Below are positions 8,880 to 21,785 of a stretch of DNA of 36,587 nt, one piece after another. Position 1 is the first letter of the stretch; every line of letters starts with the position of its first letter. Source of the DNA: Hydrolagus affinis (Eukaryota); NCBI GenBank assembly GCA_012026655.1, contig JAAILG010005579.1, positions 1 to 36,587 of the forward strand, read 5' to 3'. The position numbers and the translations under genes are program-made. Under the pieces are notes generated by a model that saw nothing but the letters and a program-made list of their open reading frames with translations, made no database searches and was not told the DNA's origin.

Positions 8880-9245
8880 TCGACTTCAAGATCCTTGTAG
8901 TCGTGTTCAAACTACTTCACTCTCTGAGATCTTCCTATCTCTGCAACCTCCTCACTCCACAATCCACCACCCAGCACCTCTGCTTGACTGGCATCGGCCT
9001 CCGGCTCATCTTTTGCGCTTCCAGCCACTATGCTCTGAAACTCTTGAACACTCTTCCTCAATCCATCCACCTTGCACCCGCTCTCTCCTTTTTTCACGGT
9101 CCCATCGGTCATCACAAATCCCCTCCTTTCCCTCCACCCTCCCTGATCCCAACCCCAGCTCGGGTCTGTAACATTGACTGTCCAACACCTTGGAATGTCC
9201 TCTCTACAGGAAAGGAGCTATACATATGTAATTTTGTTGTTGTAG
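8880..9245 (+). mobile_element. L2-type LINE 3' end fragment
   Basis: DFKILV..FKLLHSL..SYLCNLL remnant and tail ending ATGTAATTTTGTTGTTG. Confidence 0.6.
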
Positions 9246-9360
9246 ATTGTCACTATCTCCAACTTGTAACTTTGTTGAAACATTTCTCCACAAATTATGT
9301 TTGAATTCTTTAATCTTTGTTAAAGTGCAATTGGTAGAGACTTCTTTTTTGTTTCATCAG

Positions 9361-9494
9361 AGTCATCTGTAAACTCATTCCGACTGACCATCTTCACTTA
9401 TACCTTACTGGTGGTGAAAAGTGTCGTGTACAGTGGCATCGTTGGCCTCATCCTTTACAGAATGGAGTACCACCAACAGAAAAATCCACTTTAA
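9361..9494 (+). CDS. TRGC: TCR gamma constant exon 3 (TM and cytoplasmic tail, ESSVNSFRLTIFTYTLLVVKSVVYSGIVGLILYRMEYHQQKNPL*)
   Basis: Strong acceptor TTTTTTGTTTCATCAG ending 9360, phase 1; CART motif Y-x-LL-x-x-KSVVY nearly identical to human TRGC (YLLLLLKSVVY); TAA at 9492-9494. Confidence 0.92.
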
Positions 9495-9793
9495 ATGTCT
9501 TACATACTCAGAAAATATCTCACTCATTGCTGTCCATTAATAGTTTGCTAATTGCAATGTGTCCTTTAACATGATTTGATGTATCAAGACCTCCTATACT
9601 TTTAATACATTTTACTGAATGTAATATTTTAGTTTAATTTTAACAGAAAACTTATATTTCTATTCTGTTGACCTATTCATACACTGTTCTCCAAATGGTT
9701 TTGCAATGTTTACTATTACTTGCTTATGAGTATAACAAACAAATGGGTTAATATACTAAAAATAGATTTTGAAATGATTATGTTGTACAGCAA

Positions 9794-9799
9794 AATAAA
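9794..9799 (+). terminator. Candidate TRGC polyadenylation signal AATAAA
   Basis: AATAAA about 300 nt after the stop codon; the region is AT-rich, so this is tentative. Confidence 0.4.
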
Positions 9800-10229
9800 A
9801 TTTTAAATTGAATTAATTCAAGCATAATGGAATGCATTTTATTAATATTGTTGTTAAATACGGTACATTTTTATTTGCATCACTTTTGTTCATTAATAAT
9901 ATGCGCCAGTTCAAGTGTATTCTGTCTTTCACAAATGGATTGATATTTCTTCCTTGTTTGTAATTTTCTGCTTTTAAAGTTGTTGTAGATCAGCTTGATA
10001 ATATAAAAAATCTGTTATTGATTCAAGATATTGTTTTGCATTTTTTCTGTGGGTCAATAATGTAGAATCATGAATTGTGCACATTTGAGGATATTACAGA
10101 TAGCCTATCCAGCAATGTATAATTCACCCTCAATTATACTGCAAAAGCCTATATACAGAGAGGCACCTATTGGGGATTTCTTTTGTCACCTGTGTCAATA
10201 ATGATCCTACGACCAAAGGTATTTAAAAC

Positions 10230-10395
10230 AACTGTTTGTAGGACACTGCTGTGAGCAACTAGCGGCCACATTTTGGACACCAAAGTATACAGTCAATTCA
10301 CTTTACTGTACAGTATACTGTATTCTGTGAAGCACTTTGAGACATCTCAAAGACATGATGTGGTTCTATGTCAAATGCAAGGATTAATAATTATT
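10230..10395 (+). mobile_element. SINE 3' fragment
   Basis: GGACACTGCTGTG...CAGTCAATTCACTTTAC...AAATGCAAGGATT. Confidence 0.75.
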
Positions 10396-11319
10396 ATCAT
10401 ATTCATCAACACAAATGTGTAAACTTTAGCACTGGAAACAGGGATTCTTCCCACCTGGCTAGAGTTAATCTTGCAAACCAAAGCTCTAAAGGGTAAAATA
10501 ATCCTATTAGACAAGCCACGCAACACATCTTGGTCAGTCCTCAATGGCAGTTAATTAAACTCCAGCAGGGCCTCGACATACAATCTTGGCTTCCCAAACG
10601 TTGGTTTTCACCAACATACACCTATGTCATTGGGTAAGCAGAGCGTGTCCTTCCAGGGAGAGTCCGCACATTCCATTTCACACACAGGGAAATTTCCATA
10701 TGTAAGTCGCATACACATTTTGAACTCCCAGTTTGGCTTGGATACTCACTGTCATGTTAATTTGGATTTGTCAGACACCTGACTGACTAAACAAAAACAT
10801 TTTTTGGAACAGAAAAGCACAATTATAGTAGTAAAGCAGACACTATTCAGAAGTCAAATAGTCACATAAATCAACATAGCTAATCATTTCAAAAATAAAT
10901 AATAAAATGGGTAATCAAAATAGTATTAAAAATATTCACAAATGATTGTAAACTTTAAGAATTATCAGTAAGACAGACGCACTGGGATGTCGTGTGAAAC
11001 TTTAGCAAGTGCAACTCGCGAAGAAATTGCTTGAGTTCTCTTGAACATAAATAATCTAGACACTGTGTGCTTTGCCCTATATGCGCATACATACTATGAG
11101 TGGGACTTACAATTAAAATGCAATTACCACTCATAACATGAAAACACAATCATTCTCTAATAATACAGAATACACCATGCTATTTCTACTGCCTGTCCTA
11201 ATGTTTGGGCAAAACTTAAGGTGCAACAGCAACAAGCCGCTGATCCACCTGGGACATGTTGTAAGTGTGGAATTTAATAAGAATAATGACAATAATAACA
11301 ATCCTTGCACTAATGATAA

Positions 11320-11475
11320 TAATAATAGTGCTTTATCACATCTTAGAGATGTTTTAAGGCATTCTCACAGAATATATTGTAAAGTGAATTGACTGCGCAT
11401 TTTGCGGGCGAAACGCGGCAGCCAATTGGGTACAACAGTGTCCCGCAAACAGTCAAGGATTGAGTGACCACATTT
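11320..11475 (-). mobile_element. SINE 3' fragment
   Basis: Reverse complement of the shared tail. Confidence 0.75.
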
Positions 11476-13344
11476 TTTATTTACTTTAATTTATTTCATG
11501 TATGTATTTAAGCTGCCCGCCTATGCTATCGGTAGACCTTTGATAGTCATGTCCACACTGATCAGCCTCAGTAGTTACACACCTTGTTCTGGCAACAGGC
11601 CAACCCTGTGTTAAATCAGCCAGAGCAGCCGGCTCTGACTGAACACACTCTCTCCTGGGCGAGAATTGCAACACAGAGGTAGGTAGGACAAGGACAGCAG
11701 CTCACCCCAGGCTACTTGGGGATTAATGCTTAAAACATTTGCTGCAGAGAGAGAGAGAAATGTGATTTCTTTTTTAAAAATGCTTTCATTCTGGTCTTTA
11801 GAGTTTTGTTTTACAACAGTCTTTTGCAAAGTGGTTGGATCTCACATTTAGATTTACTCAGTTGGGAGGTTTAACCATTAAGTACATTTTGTTAAAAAGA
11901 AAATCCTGATTAGAACGAGAAAACTGGCATTTTATTTTAAACGTTATGAGGCAGGGAGGAACTCATTTAGTAAACGGACATTATAAAGTTACAAATTGAG
12001 CGCCACTGGTTTCTACCTGAATTATATTTTGAATTTTTTACTTTTGTTTGTCAGCCAGGTGTCTGGTTACACTTTGATCCTCACCCAAAGCCTTAGCCAT
12101 CTCCAAACCACACCACCGACAGTTCCACACAAACATGGGGAGTTTCCATCTGCCTGGGATGGTGTAAATACCTCCCCCCCCACCCCCTGGGGACACACAA
12201 AATCCATCATCAATATTTGAATGTAGATTAATTAATACAAAATATTTCAGCTTTAAACGGATAGCAACAACTGCACTCGACTCTAGGCTCCATTTAAATC
12301 ATATCAATAATTAATTTGATTACCTGCACCTGGTATATGCTACCAGGGGTTTTCATGACCAAATTTACATCTAAAATTTGATTGTAAAATCTAATGTAAA
12401 TTTTAAATTTGTGAAAAGTTTAGTCCAAACAACAAATCGGCGTTTTCCTTCAGACAATGATCTTTCACATCTAGTGTGACTGGTTTCAGAAACTAAACGT
12501 TGGGTGTAGACAACATCTCTGCCGAATATTTGTGTTTATTCCCATGTGTCCAGGCATCACGGTTTCCAATGTTCTGTTTAATCTGGAGATTTTTAAGAGA
12601 AGTTAATTTCAAATATTTGCTGAGGTGATTGACTTGGGACGAAGTGTCCTCTATTGAAGGGAAACGGGACTTTCTTGTGCGATTTAATTTGTGGGTCTAG
12701 TCTGTGTGTGTGGTGTGTGGTGTTAGACAGACTGCAACCCCCAAACAGACACTGGCTATCTAGTCGCTGTTTTGTGTTGCCCGTTTGTATCTCAATTCTT
12801 GCCGCTCCAAGGATACAAACTATATTCATTCCACCATGTGTTTGAACGCCTACCGTTATATCCTTTCCTTTCGCGTTTCTGTTCATCAACCCTGAATGGA
12901 ATATAGTATAACCTAGAAAAGCTTTCCTAATGAAGTGATTTTCATACTTTAAAAAAATGAAGGGCAGGAGTTTAGTTTCATTTCTAATCTTCTCCATATT
13001 ATTGGGTTTACTTGTGAATTAAAATTTTCTAATTTAATCGATTTTTAAAAAAAGTTATCAAAAATTATTTATTCCGAAGCAAAATGCGGCAACTAACGGG
13101 CTTTAACCCGGTTAGTATTGCATCAAAACTATTTACCTCAGTTCTCAGTCCAATTCCTGTTCTCTAGAACTTTTTCAAATTTTAGCCGATGTCTCAACTT
13201 TACTGTGAGACATGGTAATGCGCCTTTACAGCTTTTGTTAATAAGTGAATAGTTCTCCCCATCCCACCCCCAGCGCCATTTGTTTGTTTTGGGATTATTT
13301 CTGATGCTGTAATAAATGATTGAATAATAATAAATTTTAAACCT

Positions 13345-13515
13345 ATAAACTGGTCATTTCAATCCACGACTGTTTGTGGGACACTGCTGTGCACAATTGG
13401 CTGCCGCGTTACGCCCACAAATATAGTCAATTCACTTTACAGTATATTCTGTGAAGCGCTTTGAGACATCTAGAAGACGCGGGAAGCTCTATGTAAAAAT
13501 GCAATGATTATTATT
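13345..13515 (+). mobile_element. SINE 3' fragment
   Basis: Shared core and tail. Confidence 0.8.
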
Positions 13516-13551
13516 ATAAATCATAATAAATTACTTCTCTAACTGTAAACA

Positions 13552-13851
13552 AATAATAATCCTTGCATTTGATATCGCACTTTTTACATCTTCGAGACAT
13601 CTCAAAGTGTGTCACAGAATATATTGTAAAGTGAATTGAATGTGTATTTGTGGGCGAAACGTGGCAGCCAATTGTGTGCAGCAGTGTCCCACAGTATCAT
13701 GGATTGAAGGGACCAATTTATTATTGTTTTTTTTCTTGAGGGATTATTATCAAGCGTGTGGAGTAAGGAAACTTGCCCAAGGTTGCCGTAGTTTGTAGCA
13801 CTCACCTCACTTGCAAGACAAGTTCTCTAACCATTGAGCTACAGCACTCCA
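13552..13851 (-). mobile_element. tRNA-derived SINE, full length
   Basis: Tail, core and head (TGGAGTGCTGTAGCTCAATGGTTAGAG on the - strand). Confidence 0.85.
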
Positions 13852-13979
13852 CTAAAGTTTATATGAGACAATTTTACCATTTAGTACATTTTAATTTGGG
13901 TTCAGATTTGCATTCATGCACTTTCAAATTAGCTCAGATCAAGGATTCACATAAATAGCTCTAGTATTCCTTCAAATCA

Positions 13980-14140
13980 ATAATAATAATATTCCTTGCA
14001 TTTGATTTCGCGCTTTGCATGTCTTCTAGACGTCTGAAAGTGCTTCACAGAATATACTGCAAAGTAAATTGACTGTATATTTGTGGGCAAAACTTGGTTG
14101 CCGATTGTGCACAGCAGTGTCACACAAAGAGTTGTGGATG
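13980..14140 (-). mobile_element. SINE 3' fragment
   Basis: Reverse complement of the shared tail. Confidence 0.78.
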
Positions 14141-14449
14141 TTCATATTGCTGTTCATATGACTTAAATAACTATTCTTATATTTGGTACAGTGCCTTTCA
14201 CATTGGACAGAGATCTCAAAAGCAACAACTCCAAAACTTCACTGCATATACTTGTAAAGGCATATGAAAAGTGACTATGACGATACTCGATAGAATACAT
14301 CTGACCACTTGGTGCAAATTAACTTCAACACAGCTATGGAATTTCACTGGTCTCGTCAATGTATGTTCTCTAAGTAAACTCAACCTAATAATCTGCCATA
14401 ATAAATTGTGTTTGAATGCACAGTATATCTTTATAATACTCCTTTTAAA

Positions 14450-14630
14450 AAACCCAACAATAATTTGGTCACTCAATCTACCTGTGTGTGGGACACTGCT
14501 GTGTACAACTTGCTACAGCATTTCAGCCAGAAATATAGTCAATTCACTATATTCACAGTATATTCTATGAAGAGCTTTGAGATGTCTAGAAGGCGTGATA
14601 AAGCACTATGTCAAATGCAACAATTATTGT
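14450..14630 (+). mobile_element. SINE 3' fragment
   Basis: Shared core and tail. Confidence 0.75.
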
Positions 14631-15634
14631 TGTCTTTTGTGCTTCTGTTTATAAACATTGAATGGCATATAATATTCATTAGAAAATCCACCCCAATAAA
14701 ATGGTTTTACCTCCTTACCTTTGTGCATGTGTTTATTTATGCAGTATTTTTGAACCATTGAAATTGACAACAGAAAAGCAGCTGATTCAGGCCAGATCAC
14801 TTGTGCTGGCTCTCTGAAGAGATGCCCCTTTTGTTCCTTTCTCCTATCCTTTTTGTAGTTTTTTTTCCAGATATTTATCTAATTCTCAGTGTAAACGTAG
14901 ATTTTTGCCAATTTACTAACTTTTCCCTTTGCTCTTGTCAGTTTTATTAACGTATAGCCTTTAGTTACCGAGTCTGAAGAAACAATTGAAGAGTTTTTTT
15001 TATTTCAGTCGTCACGGAAAATTTTGGTTAATCAAGCTTATTTTCAGTTCTTGGGAATCACAGATGTTGTAAATTACTGTTAAACCACATGAGAGCCGCA
15101 AGAGTGCCTCGCTCAACAGTCAGTCGAGTTGCAGATTGTTGCTTCACACATCTCACTGATGAGCTGTAGTGGTTCATACGATAACATTGCAGAAAACTCT
15201 TAAATTGTTACATTATATCATTATATTTTAATAAAAGGATTTATTTTATACTTTAACATAGTTTTTTCAAATATCATCTGCTGTGAGAGAGTACAAAATA
15301 TTATCAGTTCTACATAAACAGGAAATAAGGTTAGCTCATCATTTAATCAAAATTTAACATCAATGGCTTTAAAGCTGTTACCAGGGCAAGTCAAGATTTT
15401 AACTCTTAAAGTACGGGTGCCGATTATTGTGCTACTGTTCTGAAGTTCCTGTTTATCAGCATTGAGACATCTAAACAAAGTATAAAATGATTCTTTAGGT
15501 GCCATCATTCACTGTCCAGAGTGAATTCTAAAAATGAATTCTGTTCACCTATCCATAAAAATAAAGGAAAAATGGAAGACTCACAAATAAATACAATAAT
15601 GTTGGAAAATAGAATTGTGAGATTAAAATCATTA

Positions 15635-15745
15635 TAATAATAATAATCCTTGCATTGGATGTAGCACTTTTCACATCTTCTGGACATCTCAAAGCGCTTC
15701 ACAGAATATACTATTAAGTGAATTGACTGTATATTTGTGGACGAA
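15635..15745 (-). mobile_element. SINE tail fragment
   Basis: Reverse complement of the shared tail. Confidence 0.75.
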
Positions 15746-15918
15746 AAATGGAGCTCATTCATTTGATCACCAGTTAAGTACATCAGTCCTGCACATGCAC
15801 AATAAAGTATAAACAAGTTATGTAATACAAGAATATTGAGAAGAAATTAAGAATCAAGGATAATATAATTTGATTAAATCAGGTACAATTTTATTGTGCA
15901 TTGGAATGAGATATATAT

Positions 15919-16152
15919 CTTGGGCAAGTTTCCTTACTCCACACGCCTCATAATAATCCTTAAAAAAAAACACAATAATAAAATTGGTCATTTCAATCCA
16001 CGACTGTTTGTGAGATACTGCTGTGCGCAACTGGCTGCTGCGATTCGCTCACAAATACATACAGTCAATTCACTTTACAGCATATTCTGTGAAGCGCTTT
16101 GGGACGTCGATAAGATGTGAAAAGCGCTATTTCAAATGCAAGGATTATTCTT
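15919..16152 (+). mobile_element. SINE, 5'-truncated
   Basis: CTTGGGCAAGTTTCCTTACTCCACACGCC core through tail. Confidence 0.85.
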
Positions 16153-16340
16153 ATAAGCAATTGGATTCAAAAGGTGGTAATAATATAGAATCAAGAAAAT
16201 GATGGAATTGCTTTTGGAGTTCATTTTAACAATATTCCTTGCATTTGATATTCGTTGCATTAGGGTCCATAAATGTCAAAATATCATTAACAGTGCTTCA
16301 CCAGTAATTGTTTTCAACTTTAGAAACAATGATATTGTAC

Positions 16341-16580
16341 TAATAATAATATTTACATTTGATATAGCACTGTTCACATCTTCTAGATGTCTCAATGCTC
16401 TTCACAGAATATACTGTAAAGTGAATAGACTGTATATTTGTGGGCAAAAGGCGGCAGCCAAATGCGCACAGCAGTGTCCCACAAACAGTCGGGGATTAAA
16501 ATGACCATTTAAAAAAAATGTATTATTATCAGGCGCGTGGGGTAAGGAAACTTACCAAAGGTTTCACCCTGACCTCCCGG
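16341..16580 (-). mobile_element. SINE, 5'-truncated
   Basis: Reverse complement of core and tail. Confidence 0.8.
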
Positions 16581-16929
16581 TGGTCAATAATAATCATAAT
16601 AATAGTAAATAGGATCTCTATAGAATCAATAAAACTCAGTAATAAAATTACATTTGTTATTGTAGGCAAATGTTCCCCTAATTGGTGTACAAAAGGTGCC
16701 ACAAACAATCCAAAGTAAATGACCAAATCATTTAGAGACTTGTTACCCAGGACACCAGAGAACGTCCCTTCTCTTTCCAAATATTGTGGGATTTTTCACA
16801 TGGATCTGTGGCGAATTAGACATTTTTTGAATCATAGGAAACAACAATAATATTTTGAGCTGCACCATCATGGAAGAATATAACTAAGCAGGATGATATT
16901 TACAGAAATACCCCAAAAAGTGTTTTAGA

Positions 16930-17105
16930 AGTGGTTACGGCATCCAAACTATCTAAGCTTGTTGATAATATTAAATTGGAGGGAAAGGCAAATAACATGG
17001 AACAGATGGCCCAAATATGTGGAGTTTTAGATAATTGGGCTGATTGGTGGCAAATGTAATTTGCTGTGAACAAATGTAAAGTTATGGAGCCTGGGGAAGA
17101 AAAAT
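16930..17105 (+). mobile_element. Degenerate CR1 LINE RT fragment
   Basis: SKLVDNIKL (decayed SKFADDTKL) followed by LDNWADWWQM.F..NKCKVM. Confidence 0.7.
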
Positions 17106-20026
17106 AAATGACATGAGTAAAGATAGCAAACAAAGTCTTAAGGTGCTTGACAAACAATAGTTCTGTAGGAAGTGATTCACATATTGTACAAACTGCTGGT
17201 CCCACCAGTGGTGGATTGGCTACCCAAAAGGACTCGGGATTTTCATGGAAAAAAAGAGGAGCAAAAAAAACCTACAAAAACACACACAGACCCTTCCACA
17301 TCAGGATCTTCCAAACCCTGGCACTGCAGCGGCAGCAGATTGTTAGCCACTATCACCAGCATCATGGTGTCAGTGGTGGATTTCCTCCCCTGCAGGCTCA
17401 GCAGCATGTGCCGAGTCAAGGTGCAGACAGAGTGGCCTTCACAAGGAGGAACATACCACCAAAATACTCAAAGCAGCTCCCGGTTGCGCTAGTGTGTAAG
17501 TGTTTATAAGGCTGATGTGCCGCTTTGCGAAGGGTCAGGGTATGTCAATTAATTCCTGAGGATCTGGCGATAACGTGGCTGATGCTAGTGGCATCTTTCG
17601 GTCTTTGTTCTATATCAAAGGCAAGGATTATTAAAATACAGGGAGCATGTAGATGTTGTTAAAATTGAAAATGAAGTATTTTCAAATTCACCTGTAAAGA
17701 GCTTTATCTTGCAAATTCAATGTAAAATTGCAGAGTGCTTCATTGGAAATAACATGCACCATGTTCCAGCACAAGTATTGCTCAGTTTGCGTTAAAAGTG
17801 TTGTTCAAGGATACTTTTGGTATCCAATCCTGTTACCTACTAAGCAGAGGAGCCAAGCCTTATTGTGCAAATTAATTATTAAAATACTGGGATTAAGAAA
17901 ATTGCAAAGAAGGGAGAGCTAATTTATTGCACCGGATTTCCCACAAGGATTAGCACCATTGGTATCTCCATTACTTTAAACTTACAAGGCCAACATGATA
18001 TTCAACCAGAGGGTACACAAACAGGTGATATTCTCCAGTCTTAAAAACTCTAGCAAATGATAAAACATTTAATTCAGTGATCATGCCAGTTAGTTGAAAA
18101 TTGTAATACTGTACATATTAAATTAATTGCAGAAAATAAAGACATCAAAACTTGGGTATGCAAATTAAGAATTTATTCAATGATTTACACTGAACTCCAG
18201 ATCATATAATTTTATACATTATAGTCCATGCATTCATGCTTAATATCATTTGTTTGCAACAATTTAGTATTTTCAGATTTCAGTCCCAGCAAACAATATT
18301 ACAGAATATATTACATCAGCAATTACCGGCAATAATTTAGAAATAATCTTTAGAACAAAGAATCACATCAAGTTACTCAGTAATAGCTTTGTGGATCATC
18401 AGAATGCTATTTCTCAGTTGCCAGGGGTTTAGACAAACAATATCCCACTGACATCTCAAACCTTGTATGTTCTGGAGGGAAGCCCAGAGAACTGCTGAGG
18501 GGAGCTGGGCAAAGTAGTTTGCAAATAGCAAGTAGTTAAATGTAACTTTGTAGTTGTGTTGTTTCCAAGCTACATTTAATTATATTCCCAAACTGCTAGT
18601 TGGGATGTCTTCCCCTCGTAAAAGGTGCTATAAAAACATAATTTGTTGTTGTTCCTAAGTGCTTCTAAATTATTCACGACTGCTTTGGGAGAAATCCAGT
18701 TTGTATTGCTGCATTTCACCACTGGAATGGGATCCAGATATTTTTAAAAATCCTTCAGCACACCTTGGGCACTTAATCTCTGTAGATACATATGATCTGA
18801 ATTTTCAAGTAAGTTATATTTCAGTATAGTACATGGAAATGTTTTTCATGCACAAAATCCTGCATTAAAAAACCCATAGAATGCAATATACTCACTCAAG
18901 TCTAATCCAAATTCATCAGCCTCCACATTAGTGATTTTTTTAAATGTAAACTACGATAAATTTCTAACAGGTTCCAGCAAACGGAACCAATCTTATCCGT
19001 GCTGTACCTATAGCATAATTTTGGCACAATGAGAATAGCCTGTCCAGTGTGTTATGGAAGTAGAATAGCACCCTCTAGTGATAACACAGCAACATTACAA
19101 ACTACTTCTCCATTTAGCAACAATTTTATTGAAGGACAAATTCAGGTCATTGTTTATGCTAAATTAAGAGTTAAATCGAAAAGATGTATTTTATTATGTG
19201 ATATATAATCCATAACACCTCCTGCAGCAACTGATCAAGTTACATTGGGTCACTTGTCAGCAGGTTCCAATTCATTAGAGGGTGAATGAAGGAAGTGACA
19301 CAAAACACAAGATTGTTTGTTCGCTTGATAACTACCATTTTGATTCTTCAAAATGTTGTCCCATCACACAGACTACATCTAAAAGGTTCTAAATCTTAGG
19401 AATTATCAGATTTCTTTCACAACCGATTTCCCTTTTAAAAAGGGAGATAAGTCTTTCTGAACATCTTGCTACACAGGAAAAACAGCTGTAATTCAGGGAA
19501 ATGGACAGTATAATAAAAAACTGGAATAATAGTTATTCTAAAGGAACAATGGAAATCAGCCATCTATTCATCTTCACTAACCCTACTAAAAGTAGAATAT
19601 ATTATTCAGCTGCTTTTGGTAATTCTCGGATCAGTTTTTTTTGTGTAGTGTTCAGGTAGCATGCATTTTCCTTTAATTATTTTATTTGAACACTAATTTT
19701 TAAAATACAAATATAGCTGACACTGGTTATATTGCTGTGTTCACTGTGCCCATTGTAAAATTGTAGTATTAGTTATAACATAAAATCTTTCAATACTTAT
19801 TTGTCACATACTTTGTGGTTAGGGCGCAATATTTAAAAATATTTCAGGGGCTGTGTTTTGGATTATCTAATTGCAAATGCATTATGAATAGGTTGATGTC
19901 TTTGAAATGGTGAAATGTGATGGCAGGATGGCGAACCAGTTCTGCAAACTCTGAAATCTCTTAAGTGCAATTTATCCACTATATTTTATGCAATTAGAAC
20001 GTTTAAATAGGACAAGTGATAAATTC

Positions 20027-20215
20027 CATTAGAAACAAAACACAAAATGCTACAGATGCTGGAAATCTGAAACAAAAATAAAAGTTGCTGGGAAAACTCA
20101 GTAGGTCAGGCAGCAACTGGCAGTTCTGACGAAGGGTTGTGGACTCAAAACATTGACTCACTTTCCTTTCTCCATGGATGCTGCCTGACCTGCTGAGTTT
20201 TCCCAGCAACTTCTG
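20027..20215 (+). mobile_element. Penelope-like element end: 34-bp inverted repeat enclosing a decayed hammerhead-ribozyme-like core
   Basis: Arms 20082-20115 and 20179-20212 match at 33/34; loop contains CTGACGA-AGGG...CTC-AAAAC. Confidence 0.6.
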
Positions 20216-20719
20216 ATAAATTCCATTATTCGTACTCTAGATAAACATTCATGGCCCACACGTAGTACTGGGACATACAGTTTTTATTGGGGGGAGGGTA
20301 GGGGGGAAGAGAGAAGGCAGATTTACTTAGAAACAAATTTAAGAAACAAATAACTGAATGATGAAACAATAGTTTTAAAAATACAAATGATAAAAAATAG
20401 TTCTTTTTAAAGAAATCTTACATTTTAGTTCTTTAAATAATTTTAGTTAAGTATAAAATTAGTTCACTATTCTGACAAACAGATTTTTATATGCAATGAT
20501 TCTTATATACAAAGGACATGTGCCACCAAAAATACAACCCAAAATGAGAATTAAATTAATGAGGTCTGCACACTTGAGCTTAGATTTACTAATCTATTCT
20601 TTAGATCACTAGAATCTAGGAATTTATTTAATATTAGGGGTAGGATTTAATTTAATATTCAGTCACTTGATTCTTTTTATGACAATTGTAATTTCGCACA
20701 CAGGTAGATTTTGGGTATG

Positions 20720-20845
20720 ATCTAAAGTAGATCTGAAACTATTTTCGTCCACAAAATATAGTCAATCCACTTTACAATAGATTCTGTAGGAGCACTTTGA
20801 GACGTCTCAACAACATAAGGAGTATATCAAACACAAGTATTATTA
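20720..20845 (+). mobile_element. SINE tail fragment
   Basis: GTCAATCCACTTTACAATAG...CTTTGAGACGTC...TATTATTATC. Confidence 0.65.
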
Positions 20846-21785
20846 TCACCTAAACTTAAAAAATTAAAAATAAAGGCTATAGATGTTTTGTGATGCAGAA
20901 ATCACAAGAAATGATTTACAGCAGTCCTCAAGGCTAAAAAGGTATTTGTCAGTTGATTTTACAATGTGACAGATATGTTTATATTAGGCAAACTTCCATG
21001 TTTGGCATTGCCAGTTACCCTTCAAGTCTCTTGTTCTGACCTTCTCAAACTTTTACCTTTATGAATAAGGCATAAATATCATTAAGTCCTCAACATTTTA
21101 GTGAAACCCATTGCAATTTATAAATGACTGCATTTCGAATATTCCATTTAAATGAAAAGCCAATAAAAAAATAATCTTTGTGCAATATAATGCAAAAGGA
21201 AAGTGGATATTGCCAAAGTCTTAGCTGGTTAGGGTAACATGATCCCATTATTCCAAGTTGGACCTGACAGTAATGCTTTAAACATGATTTCACTAGAATG
21301 ATCTTTTGAGCCATTCTAAACTGCCACAAAGCAAATCATTACTAAAATCAATACTGCAATGTTATTTCAGTGAAGGGAAGATAATGGATAGATTTCAATC
21401 ATAATATAACAATTACACTTGTAAAGCAGAAAATAAAAATTTTCGACTGGATCAGAAAGGGGTACAGTACTGAAAGCGAATCAGGGCTGTTCTATTGCTT
21501 TGCGCATAATATCCTTCATCAGAAATTCTAGTGTCAGAGTAAAGTGTCCTTTTGCCTCAGAACAGGTTCCATTATCTCTTTTAAGTCAACTGAATCCATG
21601 GTCCAGGCACTCTGTTGAAACAATTGGAAGATGGGAGAGGAAAAAGGTGAGTTTAAGTCATAAGTATGTAGTCAAAACTCAGTCTGAAACAAAAATCAAA
21701 CCAATGGACAGTGTGCCAAGCCCTCTCACTATTTAATCTTATTTCTTACTGCTTAGTGCAAAATAGAATCCAATCTCTGTTTATG

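Noticed and set aside
8365-9304. 268-aa and 133-aa ORFs in TRGC intron 2
   Set aside because: Chance read-through of a (TG)n microsatellite, a SINE and an L2 fragment
6643-9494. Alternative identities TRB, TRA/TRD or Ig light chain
   Set aside because: A TM exon excludes IgL; the single TM Lys without R-x4-K excludes alpha/delta; the lack of the PS..E helix motif, the gamma-type J/hinge motifs and the STARD3NL linkage argue against beta
12593-12997. 134-aa - strand ORF downstream of TRGC
   Set aside because: No recognisable domain, splice context or codon pattern
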